From: Macrostomum lignano
Lineage: Eukaryota
NCBI GenBank assembly: GCA_002269645.1
Contig: NIVC01000650.1
Coordinates: 310,126-374,125 of the forward strand
Direction of reading: 5' to 3'
DNA length: 64,000 bases
The position numbers were made by a program, and so were the translations under genes. This document shows, piece by piece, positions 24,190 to 37,264 of this stretch. Each line of letters opens with the position of its first letter. Position 1 is the stretch's first letter. Below the pieces are notes generated by a model. That model had not been told where the DNA came from and did not search any database. It saw nothing but the letters and a program-made list of their open reading frames with translations.

Positions 24190-24830
24190 TATATACCTTC
24201 TATACCCTTCCTATATTCTCCCTGTACCTTCCATACTCTTCATATACCCATCTTTATTTCTCTACATCCTCCATACCCTTTCCCTATACCCTAATGCTCT
24301 CTATATACCCTCTGTACACTCTATACCTTCCTATACTCTGTATACTCTCCCTATATCTCTCTATACCCTCCATACTCTCTATACTCTCCTTATACCCATT
24401 TATACCCTCCTTGTACCTCCATACCCTCCATATCCTTCCTATACCCATCCATATCTCTCTATACTCTTCCTATATCCATCCATACCTCTCTACACCCTCC
24501 ATACCTCCTTATATCCCTTATGCCCTCCCTATACCCTCCATACCATTCCTATACCCATTTATACCCTTTCTATACCCTCCATACCCTCCCTGTACCCCTT
24601 ATGCCCTCCGTATACTCTTCATGCCCTCCCTTTACCTTCCATATCGTCCTTGTACCCCTTATGCCCTCCATACCCTTCTATACCCATTCATACCCTCCAT
24701 ATACCCTCCATACTCTCCCTATACTCTCCATACCCTTCTATACCCATTCATACCCTCCATATACCCTCCATACCATCCCTATACCCTCCATGCCCTCCCT
24801 ATACTCTCCATACCCTCCTGCTTTTCCTAT
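24190..24830. repeat. Degenerate pyrimidine-rich repeat (ATACCCTCC-like)
   Basis: Nearly G-free low-complexity tract. Confidence 0.85.
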
Positions 24831-24949
24831 ACTTCTCCTTCCCGCGTTATACTATCCGCGCTATCCAGCCTCTACTATCCCCTCTTTCCACCTCCAGCGC
24901 CTCCCCCTCTCTAGCCCCTACCCTCTCTTCCTTTACTTTCCAGCCCCCA

Positions 24950-25900
24950 TCCTCTACTCCACTCCAGCGCCCTCCCTCTCCTCCACTCCAGCGCCCTCTC
25001 TCTCCTCCACTCCAGCGCCCTCCCTCTCCTCCACTCCAGCGCCCTCCCTCTCCTCCACCCCAGCGCCCTCCCTCTCCTCCACTCCAGCGCCCTCCCTCTC
25101 CTCCACCCCAGCGCCCTCCCTCTCCTCCACTCCAGCGCCCTCCCTCTCCTCCACTCCAGCGCCCTCCCTCTCCTCCACTCCAGCGCCCTCCCTCTCCTCC
25201 ACTCCAGCGCCCTCCCTCTCCTCCACTTCAGCGCCCTCCCTCTCCTCCACTCCAGCGCCCTCCCTCTCCTCCACTCCAGCGCCCTCCCTCTCCGCCACTC
25301 CAGCGCCCTCCCTCTCCTCCACTCCAGCGCCCTCCCTCTCCTCCACTCCAGCGCCCTCCCTCTCCTCCACTCCAGCGCCCTCCCTCTCCTCCACTCCAGC
25401 GCCCTCCCTCTCCTCCACTCCAGCGCCCTACCTCTCCTCCACCCCAGCGCCCTCCCTCTCCTCCACTCCAGCGCCCTCCCTCTCCACTCCAGCGCCCTCC
25501 CTCTCCTCCACTCCAGCGCCCTCCCTCTCCTCCACTCCAGCGCCCTCCCTCTCCTCCACCCCAGCGCCCTCCCTCTCCTCCACTCCAGCGCCCTCCCTCT
25601 CCACTCCAGCGCCCTCCCTCTCCTCCACTCCAGCGCCCTCCCTCTCCTCCACTCCAGCGCCCTCCCTCTCCTCCACTCCAGCGCCCTCCCTCTCCTCCAC
25701 CCCAGCGCCCTCCCTCTCCTCCACTCCAGCGCCCTCCCTCTCCACTCCAGCGCCCTCCCTCTCCTCCACTCTAGCGCCCTCCCTCTCCTCCACTCTAGCG
25801 CCCTCCCTCTCCTCCACTCCAGCGCCCTCCCTCTCCTCCACTCCAGCGCCCTCCCTCTCCTCCACTCCAGCGCCCTCCCTCTCCTCCACTCCAGCGCCCA
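24950..25900. repeat. 24-bp C-rich minisatellite, about 40 copies
   Basis: Unit CTCCACTCCAGCGCCCTCCCTCTC with occasional 21-bp variants. Confidence 0.97.
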
Positions 25901-27024
25901 CCCTCTACTCTCCTTGGTTATGCCTTCGTTACGCTCTTCCCTCCTCTCTGTTTTACTTACTGTGTCATGCATAACCCGTCTGCTACAGTGTTTTTAAATA
26001 GCCTTTTATACCCTCCTCTTTCCCTTACCCCTCCTCCCCCGGCGGCTCCCCTTCTCGTAACTCTGCTAATAAAATCGTAATTCTTCTTCTCTTCAGAATA
26101 ATTTGCCCAGCTGCGAACTGTGATGGTGCATACCGGGTACTCGCAATTTAAAAAGCGTATGCTTCTTACTGATTTACTGATTTAATTCCGACGCAACCAA
26201 GCAAATCGTTTACTTTCAAGTCCGTGCATTTTCGTTCGGCGTTAATGCCGTGTGGCGTTGGTGTAATACTATCGCGAAATTCAATTTCCAATGTCATTAT
26301 CTAACTATTGTCGCTTTTCTGTATTACAACTATATACTATACTTCTGCATTTATTGACGTAACATTGTGCCAATAATGTCACATTGTGTGGCCCCAATAT
26401 GAATCTGTATGCAACTTATAGCACAATGATCATTTTAATCGCTTGAAATACATTGTAATGTAATACATGTACTGTATCGCTTTTGGCAATCGAAACGAGA
26501 CTTTAGCCAGACTCCTCACTGATCCAAATGCTCCTCAAGCAAAGGTACGAGTATATGGAAAGCAGACTGAGCTCCGCAGACTTGGTATATTTGATCTTCG
26601 GATCGCGGATAGAACCAAGGAAATCTTGGTACGTAAATAAAATTGGAGTCACTTTTCCTACTTCCACTTTCCCTGCTCTTTCCCTGACCGCAGTCTGTGC
26701 CCCAGGCTTAAGTTAGACCAACGCAAAATACTAACCTGAATAGGAAGCAAGCAACTCACTTCCCACTCTAGTCTTTTTCTGCCACTGTTGTCTTGCAATA
26801 CTCGCAAAGATCTCGTATGGCGTCCTATTTGAATTGGCGCAAGTCTCGTTTACATAGTCGAAAGCAATACTGGTGCCAATTATTTGTGTCGATCAAGTTT
26901 CCTAGAGAATGATTTGTTGATAACTGTATATTCGCTGTCTTAGAGCTGCACGCTGTGTTTAACCATTACTTTGTCGTAGAGGAGCTGATGAAGGGAGGCG
27001 TTGGGGCGGACCTTTTGCAGGGGC

Positions 27025-27312
27025 GGAGCTGATGGGGGGGCGGTAGCGGCGGAGCTTTTGAAGAGGCGGAGCTGATGGGGGGCGGTAGGGCGGAGCTGAT
27101 GGGAGTCGGTAGGGGTGGAGCTGATGGGGGGCGGTAGGGGCGGAGCTGATGGGGGCGGTAGGGGTGGAGCTGATGGGAGTCGGTAGGGTCGGAGCTGATG
27201 GGGGGCGGTAGGGGTGGAGCTGATGGGAGTTGGTAGGGGCGGAGCTGATGGGGGGCGGTAGGGGTGGAGCTGATGGGAGTCGGTAGGGTCGAAGCTGATG
27301 GGGGGCGGTAGG
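27025..27312. repeat. 24-25-bp G-rich minisatellite
   Basis: Unit GGAGCTGATGGGGGGCGGTAGGGG(T/C), about 11 copies. Confidence 0.93.
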
Positions 27313-30032
27313 TGTCAAGATGTCTTGTGCTAGTAGTGCTACTAGATTTAGTAGGTAGTATAATACCTGCTGTAAAGGGAAGTGTTTTTTGTTTTGCTAA
27401 TCTAATTTCATTAACAAAATCTGTCTTCTCCGAGACTTGAAGCTATAGGTCATACCCTACCCCAATCATAGCCAATAGGAAATAAGGAAATATATAGACC
27501 TATTCCTATCCAAGCAGCCATTCAGAGCTATGGCCATCTTAGTATATGGCCATCTTAGTCATGCGCCCTTATTTATATAGCTAGGTTAGTGGTCATTTCA
27601 TCTGTTACTAGACAAAATGACTTCAAAATAAGAAATAAAGAAAAGGTACATTTATTATGAAGCTTTTTTTCAAATTAGATAACAAGGCTAAGGCCTATTG
27701 TAATGTTTTGTATGTTAAGATGTAAAAAATTATGTTAAAGCCTAAAAGCCTAAGGTGTCATTTTTGTATGTCTATATAATTTTGTTTATGACAATGACAA
27801 TATTTCAAAAAAATTGATAACCCATTTAGGGCCTACGCATTATATAATAGGGCCTATTTAAGCATCTAATAATATATAATCATTTGTATCAAAGATTATT
27901 GAAATAAATAAATGAGCTTATTTCTAAAAATGGCTTACTAATAATAGCTAAACTATACACAAAGTATAGTATATATGACAAAATCCAAAAATTAGGGGAA
28001 AGTTTTTTGAAAATTAATTTTTAGAAATTTGATGAAAGCAATTAAGAAATAAAATAAATTTATTCTAGTTACAAAAAGTTAAAAAAAGCTAGATCTATAA
28101 TTATAAAAGCTCAAATTATATCCTTATCTTTAATAAAATGGTTTGTTAAAATTGTTATATTATGACTAAAATGATTCTACAAAAAAATGAAAGAAAAGCT
28201 TTTGATACAACAACAACTAAATATGTGACCCTACATGCATAGTCACAGTTAGAGCAGAATGTGTCAGATGGCACGCTGCAGAGCCTAGGAGCGAATAAAG
28301 TCTACTCCATTGGCAATGTTAGGTGCCCCAGCGTCACACAGTAGGCAGTCCACGTATCAATGGGTTTGGGCCTAACCCCGCCTGAATGGACCCTGCAAGG
28401 TGATCAGCAGGACATCCTGAACAGGTTGGGGGCAGTATCCCCTTGGCCTGGATCATGTGACCCACCAGTTGAGGTTGTTGCTGGCATAGATTTTGATAAT
28501 ATATTTATTAACTTTAGTTTAAGTATCCTATATTATTTAATTCTATAATGCTACAACATATTTAGCATTATTTTCAAGGGTTTATTTGTTTATCACTTTG
28601 TTAGGGCCTACTATTGACAACAAATATCTGCAATAATTATTGTATTCAGTATAAGTTTATTATTGAGTATACAAGTTCCCTAAAGGATTGTAAATCATAA
28701 TTTCTTGCTTTTAAAAAATCAATTTAGAAAATCCTTTTTTTATATATACAACACAATGATACATATTTAAGTGTAATTTCATTGTTTACTTGTCACTTAA
28801 TAGGCTATTTACTTTTTAAGAGAAATATTTGCTGGCAAACTTTGCACTCTGAGATAGCATGAATTTTTCAAAGTGTGTTTTTAGAAAAAAGTTAGAAATC
28901 CTTAAAAATCCTTTATCTTTTTAAATATAAAAGTAAAACACATAATACTTTCTATTTTGTAAGTATTAAATAATTAGCTATCTTTGAGGCCTACAAGTTT
29001 TAAAATTATTTGTTGAAATGAAACAATAAAACAAAAATTGTGAAGTGGTCAACTCAAACATTTAAAAAGTTTTTTTTGTGTTTTTTACTCATTTATTCAA
29101 CAATATTAAGAATGAAAACAATAGTTTTTATCCAGAACTATTTTTTAAAGAATTATCTGTCTTTCAAAAAGCTTTTGTAGATTTGTTTTACTATTTTATC
29201 TCACATTTTTTTGATTTTGCCATACAATATTCATAGGTTTTATAAAATAAAAGCATTTTGAAAACATTAATCATTTTTATGAATTTAGGCTTTATATTGA
29301 TCAGATAGAAATGAAAACACATGATATTTTATCCTATCTCCTAAATTTAAAACATTGTATAGCATTGTTTTAAAAAAAATTCTAAAAATAATATATACCC
29401 TACATCTCAAGAGCCTTTTTGCAATATAGCTTTGCTCTCTATAATATAGAACTTTTGTATCTGGAGATATTTTTGTCCTATGTACCTCTAAATGTTTTTT
29501 AGTGCTTGGTTGATCAGTTTAGGCCTACTTGCCTTAGCAATTTTTATAAAAAAATGAAACCCAGTTTAACTTTTAACTTTTGATTTTTAAATTTAAAATA
29601 GTTCTGCTGTTTTACTATTTAATTGAGTAGGTGTACAAGGAGTTGATATTTTGATGTTTTGTACTACACACAATTTTAGCTTATATTTTTGTCTGTACAA
29701 ATATATAAGAAAACTATACAAATTGCAAACAAGCATTATAAGATCAATAGAGTGATATGAAAGGCTATAAAGACAAGCTTTCACTCTGCTTTTATCAAAG
29801 CAAATTATCTTGTTATTTATTACAGCTCCTGTTTATTGAACTTTATATTGTGCTTGATAAGTTGTTGTTTATGTCAAGAAAGATAAAAAAGTTCTAATTT
29901 ATGAAGGAAGTTTTAAAAATCAAAAAATGAAACACTATAAACTGTACTCCAACTGTTTTGAAAAATTTCAGCTTAAAAAGCAACTAGTAACAGAAATCAC
30001 TGATTTTTTCAACTTTGCAAAATTAAGGCAGA

Positions 30033-30173
30033 ATGTCTTACCAGCAGCCACCACCGCCACCGCCGCCTTACTACCCTCCACCTGGTGGTCAGCCGCCTCA
30101 CACTACACAGCCGCCAAAGTATGAAAGCGATCCATTGAATACTGGAGTCGCTGGTGGCAGGGGCTATTATCAG
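30033..30173 (+). CDS. LITAF: LITAF/CDIP1-like protein, exon 1 (Pro-rich, PPxY motifs)
   Basis: MSYQQPPPPPPPYYPP...PPKY...GYYQ ends at a phase-0 donor CAG|GTAATG (30173/30174). Family-level call; orthology not established. Confidence 0.8.
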
Positions 30174-30231
30174 GTAATGCTTACAGTCTGTTGCTTGAAT
30201 TATGTATATGTCTCGCATTGGGTCAACAAAA

Positions 30232-30590
30232 GCCCGGATCCTCAGTTGCTGGGCCAGCTTCCTAGATCCTCAGTTGCTGGGCCAGCTTCCTAGATCCTCA
30301 GTTGCTGGGCCAGCTTCCTAGATCCTCAGTTGCTGGGCCAGCTTCCTAGATCCTCAGTTGCTGGGTCAGCCTCCCAGATCCTCATTTGCTGGGCCAGCCT
30401 CCCAGATCCTCAGTTGCTGGGTCAGCCTCCCAGATCCTCAGTTGCTGGGCCAGCCTACCAGATCCTCAGTTGCTGGGTCAGCCTCCCAGATCTTCAGTTG
30501 CTGGGTCAGCCTCCCAGATCCCCCCCCAGTTGCTGGGTCAGCCTCCCAGATCCCCCCCCAGTTGCTGGGTCAGCCTCCCAGATCCCCAGC
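30232..30590. repeat. 28-bp minisatellite in the LITAF intron
   Basis: Unit GATCCTCAGTTGCTGGG(C/T)CAGC(T/C)TCC(T/C)A; period 28. Confidence 0.93.
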
Positions 30591-30623
30591 TGTACACTAC
30601 CAGTCAATACTTCTCACCCGCAG

Positions 30624-30902
30624 GCCACCGGAGGCCCAGGCCCGTCCGCCGGCACCACCACCATCATAATCCGCGAGTTCGGGCCCTACCCGTCCAGCAT
30701 CGAGTGCCCGTTCTGCCGCTGTCACGTGCTCACTAGCGTGAGCTACACCCCCGGCTGTCTGGCCTGGCTCAGCGGCTCCCTGCTGTGCCTGTTCGGCCTG
30801 TGGCCCTGCGCCTGCATCCCCTGCTGCATCAACGACTGCCAGGATGCCAGGCACTTTTGCCCGCACTGCGGCCAGTATCTGGGCACCTATGCTAGAATTT
30901 AA
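30624..30902 (+). CDS. LITAF: LITAF/CDIP1-like protein, exon 2 (LITAF zinc-ribbon domain)
   Basis: In-phase acceptor TTCTCACCCGCAG| at 30623. GPYP...CPFC...hydrophobic WLSGSLLCLFGLWPCACIPCC...HFCPHCGQYLGTY. Spliced product about 139 aa. Confidence 0.92.
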   Translation, partial: ATGGPGPSAGTTTIIIREFGPYPSSIECPFCRCHVLTSVSYTPGCLAWLSGSLLCLFGLWPCACIPCCINDCQDARHFCPHCGQYLGTYARI

Positions 30903-31104
30903 ACTATACTTTTACTTTTCAATATAAAAAGTGTTTTTGAGGATGGTTTTAAACAAGCTTTGTTATTTTGCTTTTTTGTCTTAATTCACAAAGAACTAAA
31001 CATGTATTTTTTTCGTTTTTAGAAGTACCGACTGATTATTCTTGAATCATTAAAAAAATTATAATTTTTAATTTATACAATTTCGAAGCACTCACTTATC
31101 AATT

Positions 31105-31660
31105 CTACTCTGAGAATCGTCTCAAATCTATCCTAAGAATCACCTCAAATCTACCCTGAGAATTGCTTCAAATCTACTCTGAGAATCACCTCAAATCTAC
31201 CCTGAGAATTGCTTCAAATCTACTCTGAGAATCACCTCAAATCTACCCTGAGAATTGCTTCAAATCTACTCTGAGAATCACCTCAAATCTACCCTGAGAA
31301 TCGCTTCAAATCTATCCTGAGAATCACCTCAAATCTACCCTGAGAATCGCTTCAAATCTACCCTGAGAATCGCTTCAAATCTACCCTGAGAATCGCTTCA
31401 AATCTACCCTGAAAATCACTTCAAATCTACCCTGAGAATCACCTCAAATCTACCCTGAGAATCACCTCAAATCTACCCTGAGAATTGTCTCAAATCTGCC
31501 CTGAGAATCACCTCAAATCTACCATGAGAATTGCTTCAAATCTGCCCTGAGAATCACCTCAAATCTACCCTGAGAATTGCTTCAAATCTGCCCTGAGAAT
31601 CACCTCAAGTCTACCCTGAGAATCGCTTCAAATCTACCCTGAGCATCGCTTCAAATCTTC
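31105..31660. repeat. 23-bp minisatellite (partly alternating 46-bp dimer)
   Basis: TCTACCCTGAGAAT(CACC/TGCT/CGCT)TCAAA; period 23. Confidence 0.95.
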
Positions 31661-32134
31661 CTTCTTAAACTAAGATTTAAACCGCGTTCAAAACCACTCT
31701 GCAGAATTGCACTTAAGATGCAAATAGTTCCGCTACCATTTAAAGTACAAGAATTTGATAGGTGTACTTTTAATTATCAACATCGTGTTGATCTGTAAAA
31801 CAACCGCATGCCCGCATTTCGTGTCACTGTCATCACTATTTCTGATTTCAGAGACTCGCTTGTGATCTACTTTGAGTAGTATTTTTCTAATTAAAAATTA
31901 TTTTCTCCGGCACGGGTGGATAGCCTTGTGTATGGCTGTGTAAATTACAAGTTCTTCAAATGTACATTATAAATGGTGTATGGGCATTGTACCTCTTAAA
32001 ATGATTTTTTCAAGTCCTTGATTTTTATTCTTGATTCTATTGTCATTCACTGTCATTCCCTTCATGCGTTCTGAGCTTTCCGTAAAAGTTGTGTTATTTC
32101 TCAGTATTTATCTATTCCACTGGAAGAGAAAGGA

Positions 32135-32300
32135 GAACGGATATGAATTGGGATTAGAGGGATAAGAGGGGAGAGACAAAGAGGAGATAGAAGGGAGCGA
32201 GGAAGGGAAAGGGGGTAGAGAGGAAGGGAGAGAGGAAGGGAGGCGGGGGAGAAGAAGGGAGAGGGGAGAGAAGAAGGGAGAGGGGCGAGAATAAAGGATA
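32135..32300. repeat. Polypurine (GA-rich) tract
   Basis: GAAGGGAGAGGGG-like degenerate repeats. Confidence 0.8.
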
Positions 32301-32896
32301 TCATATTAAACAGAGGAGGATATTGAGAGGCTCATAATAACAGGGACTGAGCTGTTGACAAAAGGCAACATCAAAGGAACAAGAGTGCGCAAAGGAACAG
32401 ACCTATCTGTAAAAAAGCAGGCAACTGTGTTTGCTTTTTAGTCGATTTTGTCAAACTGAACAGCACAGACAGCGTTATGCTTGGCTCAGCTTCAGTCTCA
32501 ATGTATTCTAGAGCGTGTCTGTCATTGAGAGAAAGTGCAAATCTGGCTAATTGGTCTCACCCCTCTTTCCCAATGCTTCTTTCTATTTTGTTGCTGCGAA
32601 TGGGTATTGCTCGTAATTACAAAGTTTATCACAAGAAGGCTTTGCCTATTTTTTCTCTTTCCTAAATTCTCAATCCACTCTTTATCCAGCCTGTCGGAAT
32701 AATTGCGATAATACAGTTTTGTTAATTCGGTGCCAGCCTTTTGCTATTTATTCAGTGCAAAATACTTCAAAATCTTGATGCTGTTCGTGTTTGAATTTCT
32801 TTTAATTTTTGAAGTTTCTGTCGCCATGCTAGGCATGTCTGTAGAAAGAGTCTAATAATTCACTTCTAGAGCTGGGTAAAAATTAACCCAGGTGAC

Positions 32897-33890
32897 ACTT
32901 CATTTGGCGCCTCCTGTGACACTTAATTTGGCGCCTCCTGTGACACTTAATTTGGCGCCTCCTGTGACACTTAATTTGGCGCCTCCTGTGGCGTCATTTG
33001 GCGCCTCCTGTGACACTTAGTTTGGCGCCTCCTGTGCCATTTAGTTTGGCGCCTCCTGTGACACTTAATTTGGCGCCTCCTGTGACACTTAATTTGGCGC
33101 CTCCTGTGACATTTAGTTTGGCGCCTCCTGTGATACATAATTTGGCGCCTCCTGTGACACTTTATTTGGCGCCTCCTGTGACACTTAATTTGGCGCCTCC
33201 TGTGGCGTCATTTGGCGCCTCCTGTGGCGTCATTTGGCGCCTCCTGTGACACTTAGTTTGGCGCCTCCTGTGACACTTCATTTGGCGCCTCCTGTGACAG
33301 TTAGTTTGGCGCCTCCTGTGACACTTCATTTGGCGCCTCCTGTGACACTTCATTTGGCGCCTCCTGTGACACTTCATTTGGCGCCTCCTGTGCCATTTAG
33401 TTTGGCGCCTCCTGTGACACTTCATTTGGCGCCTCCTGTGCCATTTAGTTTGGCGCCTCCTGTGACACTTCATTTGGCGCCTCCTGTGACAGTTAGTTTG
33501 GCGCCTCCTGTGACACTTCATTTGGCGCCTCCTGTGACACTTCATTTGGCGCCTCCTGTGACATTTAGTTTGGCGCCTCCTGTGACAATTCATTTGGCGC
33601 CTCCTGTGACAGTTAGTTTGGCGCCTCCTGTGACAGTTAGTTTGGCGCCTCCTGTGACAGTTAGTTTGGCGCCTCCTGTGAAATTTAGTTTGGCGCCTCC
33701 TGTGACATTTAGTTTGGCGCCTCCTGTGACAGTTAGTTTGGCGTCTCCTGTGAAATTTAGTTTGGCGCCTCCTGTGAAATTTAGCTTGGCGCCTCCTGTG
33801 ACATTTAGTTTGGCGCCTCCTGTGACAGTTAGTTTGGCGCCTCCTGTGAAATTTAGTTTGGCGCCTCCTGTGACACTTCATTTGGCGCCT
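32897..33890. repeat. 24-bp GGCGCC-core minisatellite, about 41 copies
   Basis: Unit TTTGGCGCCTCCTGTGACACTT(A/C)A and variants. Confidence 0.97.
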
Positions 33891-34394
33891 GTAACACCTA
33901 ATGTGGCGCCCTGTGACACTCAAATGTGTCACTTCTTTGACACTCAAATGTGTCACTTCTTTGACACTCAAATGTGTCATCATTGTGACACCAATGTGTG
34001 ACACCTAATGTGACGCCACTGTCAGATGCCCAGTGCAGTGAATCGCCTGGGCGATTATGCTGAGTGAATTGCAGTCAGAGCCAATCAGCGATCTCGTCGA
34101 TATGCCTGCCTACTTGTACTCGAGTTACCCCGCTCTATCTTGCCTTTATACAGTCAAACTGCAGCTCTGCCGCAATTGCGTTGCCTCAAACGCATATCTT
34201 AGCGACCTAGTCGTATTATTGCTGCCTGCTTAAAAATTTAACGAATCTGCAGTGATACCGGCGCTTCGAGATTCGGTAAGTGAGCTAGCCGTTCACGAAA
34301 ATAAGTGATAATATCACTATTGTCCAATGTCATAAAGCTGATCATACTTGTGTTCATTAGTGACTTGCGCAATCAATTTTTATTAACTTGCCAT

Positions 34395-34719
34395 AATGAG
34401 TGCCTGAGGCGCCAAAATGAGTGCCTGAGGCGCCAAAATGAGTGCCTGCGGCGCCAAAATGAGTGCCTGAGGCGCCAAAATGAGTGCCTGCGGCGCCAAA
34501 AGGAGAGCCTGAGGCGCCAAAATGAGGGCCTTCGGCGTCAAAATGAGAGCCTGGGGCGCCAAAATGAGAGCCTGAGGCGCCAAAATGAGAGCCTGAGGCG
34601 CCAAAATTAGTGCTAGCAACACCGATTTTCAAAATAATGCACATGCAGGAACTTTAGTCGTGTACAAGCAGAGTTCTTGGCTTCCCCCCCCACCATGATA
34701 AAATACATGGCGACGGCCC
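34395..34719 (-). mobile_element. Inverted partial copy of the 5762-6073 MITE with its 21-bp repeat expanded to about 10 copies
   Basis: 34395-34607 is (AAAATGAGTGCCTGAGGCGCC)n. It is followed by CAACACCGATTTTCAAAATAATGCACA and ATAAAATACATGGCGACGGCCC, matching the reverse complement of 5762-5860. Confidence 0.7.
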
Positions 34720-35126
34720 ATCTCTCAGGTCAGCAGTCCTTGCTGTCATGCAGTCAGTCTCTTACTCCGCTAAATGCAGAGCCAGTATGGATTTATGCAT
34801 ATTTCATATTTCATATCGCGATATCTTCAAGTATGGGAACGCTGCCGCTGCAGGCTCCCTGCTGTGCGTGTTAGGGGGTGTAATGCTGCTGACACCTATA
34901 TTTAGCTGAGAATTCCCCAAGGAGCTGTAGGCCGCTGGCTCAGCAAATGTTGATTGCAGCTGTCGGCATATGCAATTTTTTGTTTCTGGCTTCAATGTAA
35001 TGTTTACACTTCCTGTATGACTGTTGCATGTACATAGCATGTGCATGTAATAGCTCAAACTACTTTCGTTATTATTGTCAATTTATGTAATTTATAGTCA
35101 TTTTTACAGCCCTACATAATAGATAT

Positions 35127-35870
35127 AGTAACTGAGTCTATTACTAGTAACTGAGCCTATTACTAGTAACTGTGTCTATTACTAGTAACTGAGCCTATTA
35201 CTAGTAACTGAGCCTATTACTAGTAACCGAGTCTATTACTAGTAACTGAGTCTATCATTAGTAACTGAGTCTATTACTAGTAACTGAGTCTATTACTAGT
35301 AACTGAGTCTATCATTAGTAACTGAGCCTATTACTAGTAACTGAATCTACTACTAGTAACTGAGTTTCTTACTAGTAACAGAGTCTATTACTAGTAACTG
35401 AGTCTATCTCTAGTTACTGAGTCTATTACTAGTAACTGAGCCTATTACTAGTAACTGAGCCTATTACTAGTAACTGAGCCTATTACTAGTAACTGAGCCT
35501 ATTACTAGTAACTGAGCCTATTACTAGTAACTGAGCCTATTACTATTACTAGAGTTTCTTACTAGTAACTGAATCTACTACTAGTAACTGAGTTTCTTAC
35601 TAGTAACAGAGTCTATTACTAGTAACTGAGCCTATTACTAGTAACTGAGCCTATTACTAGTAACTGAGCCTATTACTATTAACTGAGCCTATTACTAGTA
35701 ACTGAGTTTCTTACTAGTAACTGAGCCTATTACTAGTAACTGAGCCTATTACTAGTAACTGAGCCTATTACTATTAACTGAGCCTATTACTAGTAACTGA
35801 GTTTCTTACTAGTAACTGAGCCTATTACTAGTAACTGAGTTTCTTACTAGTAACTGAGTTCATATTACTA
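35127..35870. repeat. 19-bp minisatellite containing the palindrome TTACTAGTAA
   Basis: Unit TAGTAACTGAG(C/T)CTATTAC; period 19. Confidence 0.96.
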
Positions 35871-36344
35871 GTAGATGAATCCAATACGAGTAACTATTTC
35901 CAAAAACCTGTTTAAAACTTGAAGCTCATCTGAACTTTGCTTTTTCTGTATTTTCTGTGTATCTGACCATCAGGATTTCCCTAATCTATGTCTGCAGTCG
36001 AAGTTCAATGTCTCAAACACGAGCTATTTCGAAGAAATTGTCCAATTTCTAGTTCGCAAAAGTCTTAAGCCACTCGCTGGGATTTGAGTTGCAGAAAGCT
36101 GATAGCACCCGACCCAGTTTTCAGGCCGCGTCCGCTCGGCTGCATCAGAACTTGATCTGGCTTTTCCGCATGAAAAGTTTTCTTTCTCTGTAGCGAGTCT
36201 TTGACTATGAATTCGAGTTTGAATTCGCCTTGATGCGCGAGACTGTCTCGCAGCTTTTCTGCTTTGAGGAAAATCCCAGTTTTCAGACTCTCCATTGTCT
36301 ATTGATTGCTCAGCCATTTGTCTGCCTTTGTTCGACTAATTTTT

Positions 36345-36631
36345 TTCTGATTGATTGATTACCTGCTTGCTTTCTTTCTTGCTTGATTGATTGATGGACC
36401 GATTGGTTGATTGATTGGTTGATTGATTGATTGATTGATTGATTAACTGAGTGGTTGATTGATTGATTGATTGATTAGCTGATTGATTGATTGATAGATA
36501 GATTGATTGATTGATTGATTGATTGATTAGCTGATTGATTGATAGATAGATAAATAGATAGATTGATTGATTGATAGGTTGATTGATTGATTGATTGACT
36601 GATTGGTTGATTGATTGATTGATTGATTGAC

Positions 36632-36668
<37 letters not shown>

Positions 36669-36710
36669 TGTTGATTGATTGATTGATTGATTGATTGATT
36701 ATCTGATTGG

Positions 36711-36768
<58 letters not shown>

Positions 36769-36882
36769 ATCTGATTGATTGATTGATTGATTATCTGATT
36801 GATTGATTGAATGATTGATTGATTAGCTTATTGATTGATAGATAGATTGATTGATTGATTGATTGATTAACTGATTGGCTGG

Positions 36883-36939
<57 letters not shown>

Positions 36940-37020
36940 GGATTTATGGATTGATTTATCAACTGATTGATTGATTGATTGATTAACTGATTGATTAGTT
37001 CAATGATTAATTGACTAATT
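36345..37020. repeat. (GATT)n microsatellite, imperfect
   Basis: Read directly. Confidence 0.97.
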
Positions 37021-37264
37021 CATTTGATTTCTGGCGTACATATGCGAGCAAGATATTTCTGATGCTAATTTTTTACAAACAAGATTAGCAAGCAATTTTC
37101 GCTCTTAAACCAGACACCTTCAATTTCGTTCGACAAAAATCCCCATTTAGCTCGGGGCTTTACGGCTGAGCAACCTGAGACTGTCTCCATCAGTCAGCAT
37201 CTCTCCGCTGTTTCCAGTCGAACAGCAGATCGACTGTTAGAATTAAAATTTGAAAATTTCTACA

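Noticed and set aside
26470-26950. Protein-like stretches at 26.5-26.9 kb and 32.3-32.7 kb
   Set aside because: Short, interrupted by stops, and not assignable to any family by eye.
36024-36317. Overlapping minus-strand ORFs before the GATT array
   Set aside because: No domain, no supporting neighbouring exons; could be UTR of the claudin-like gene.
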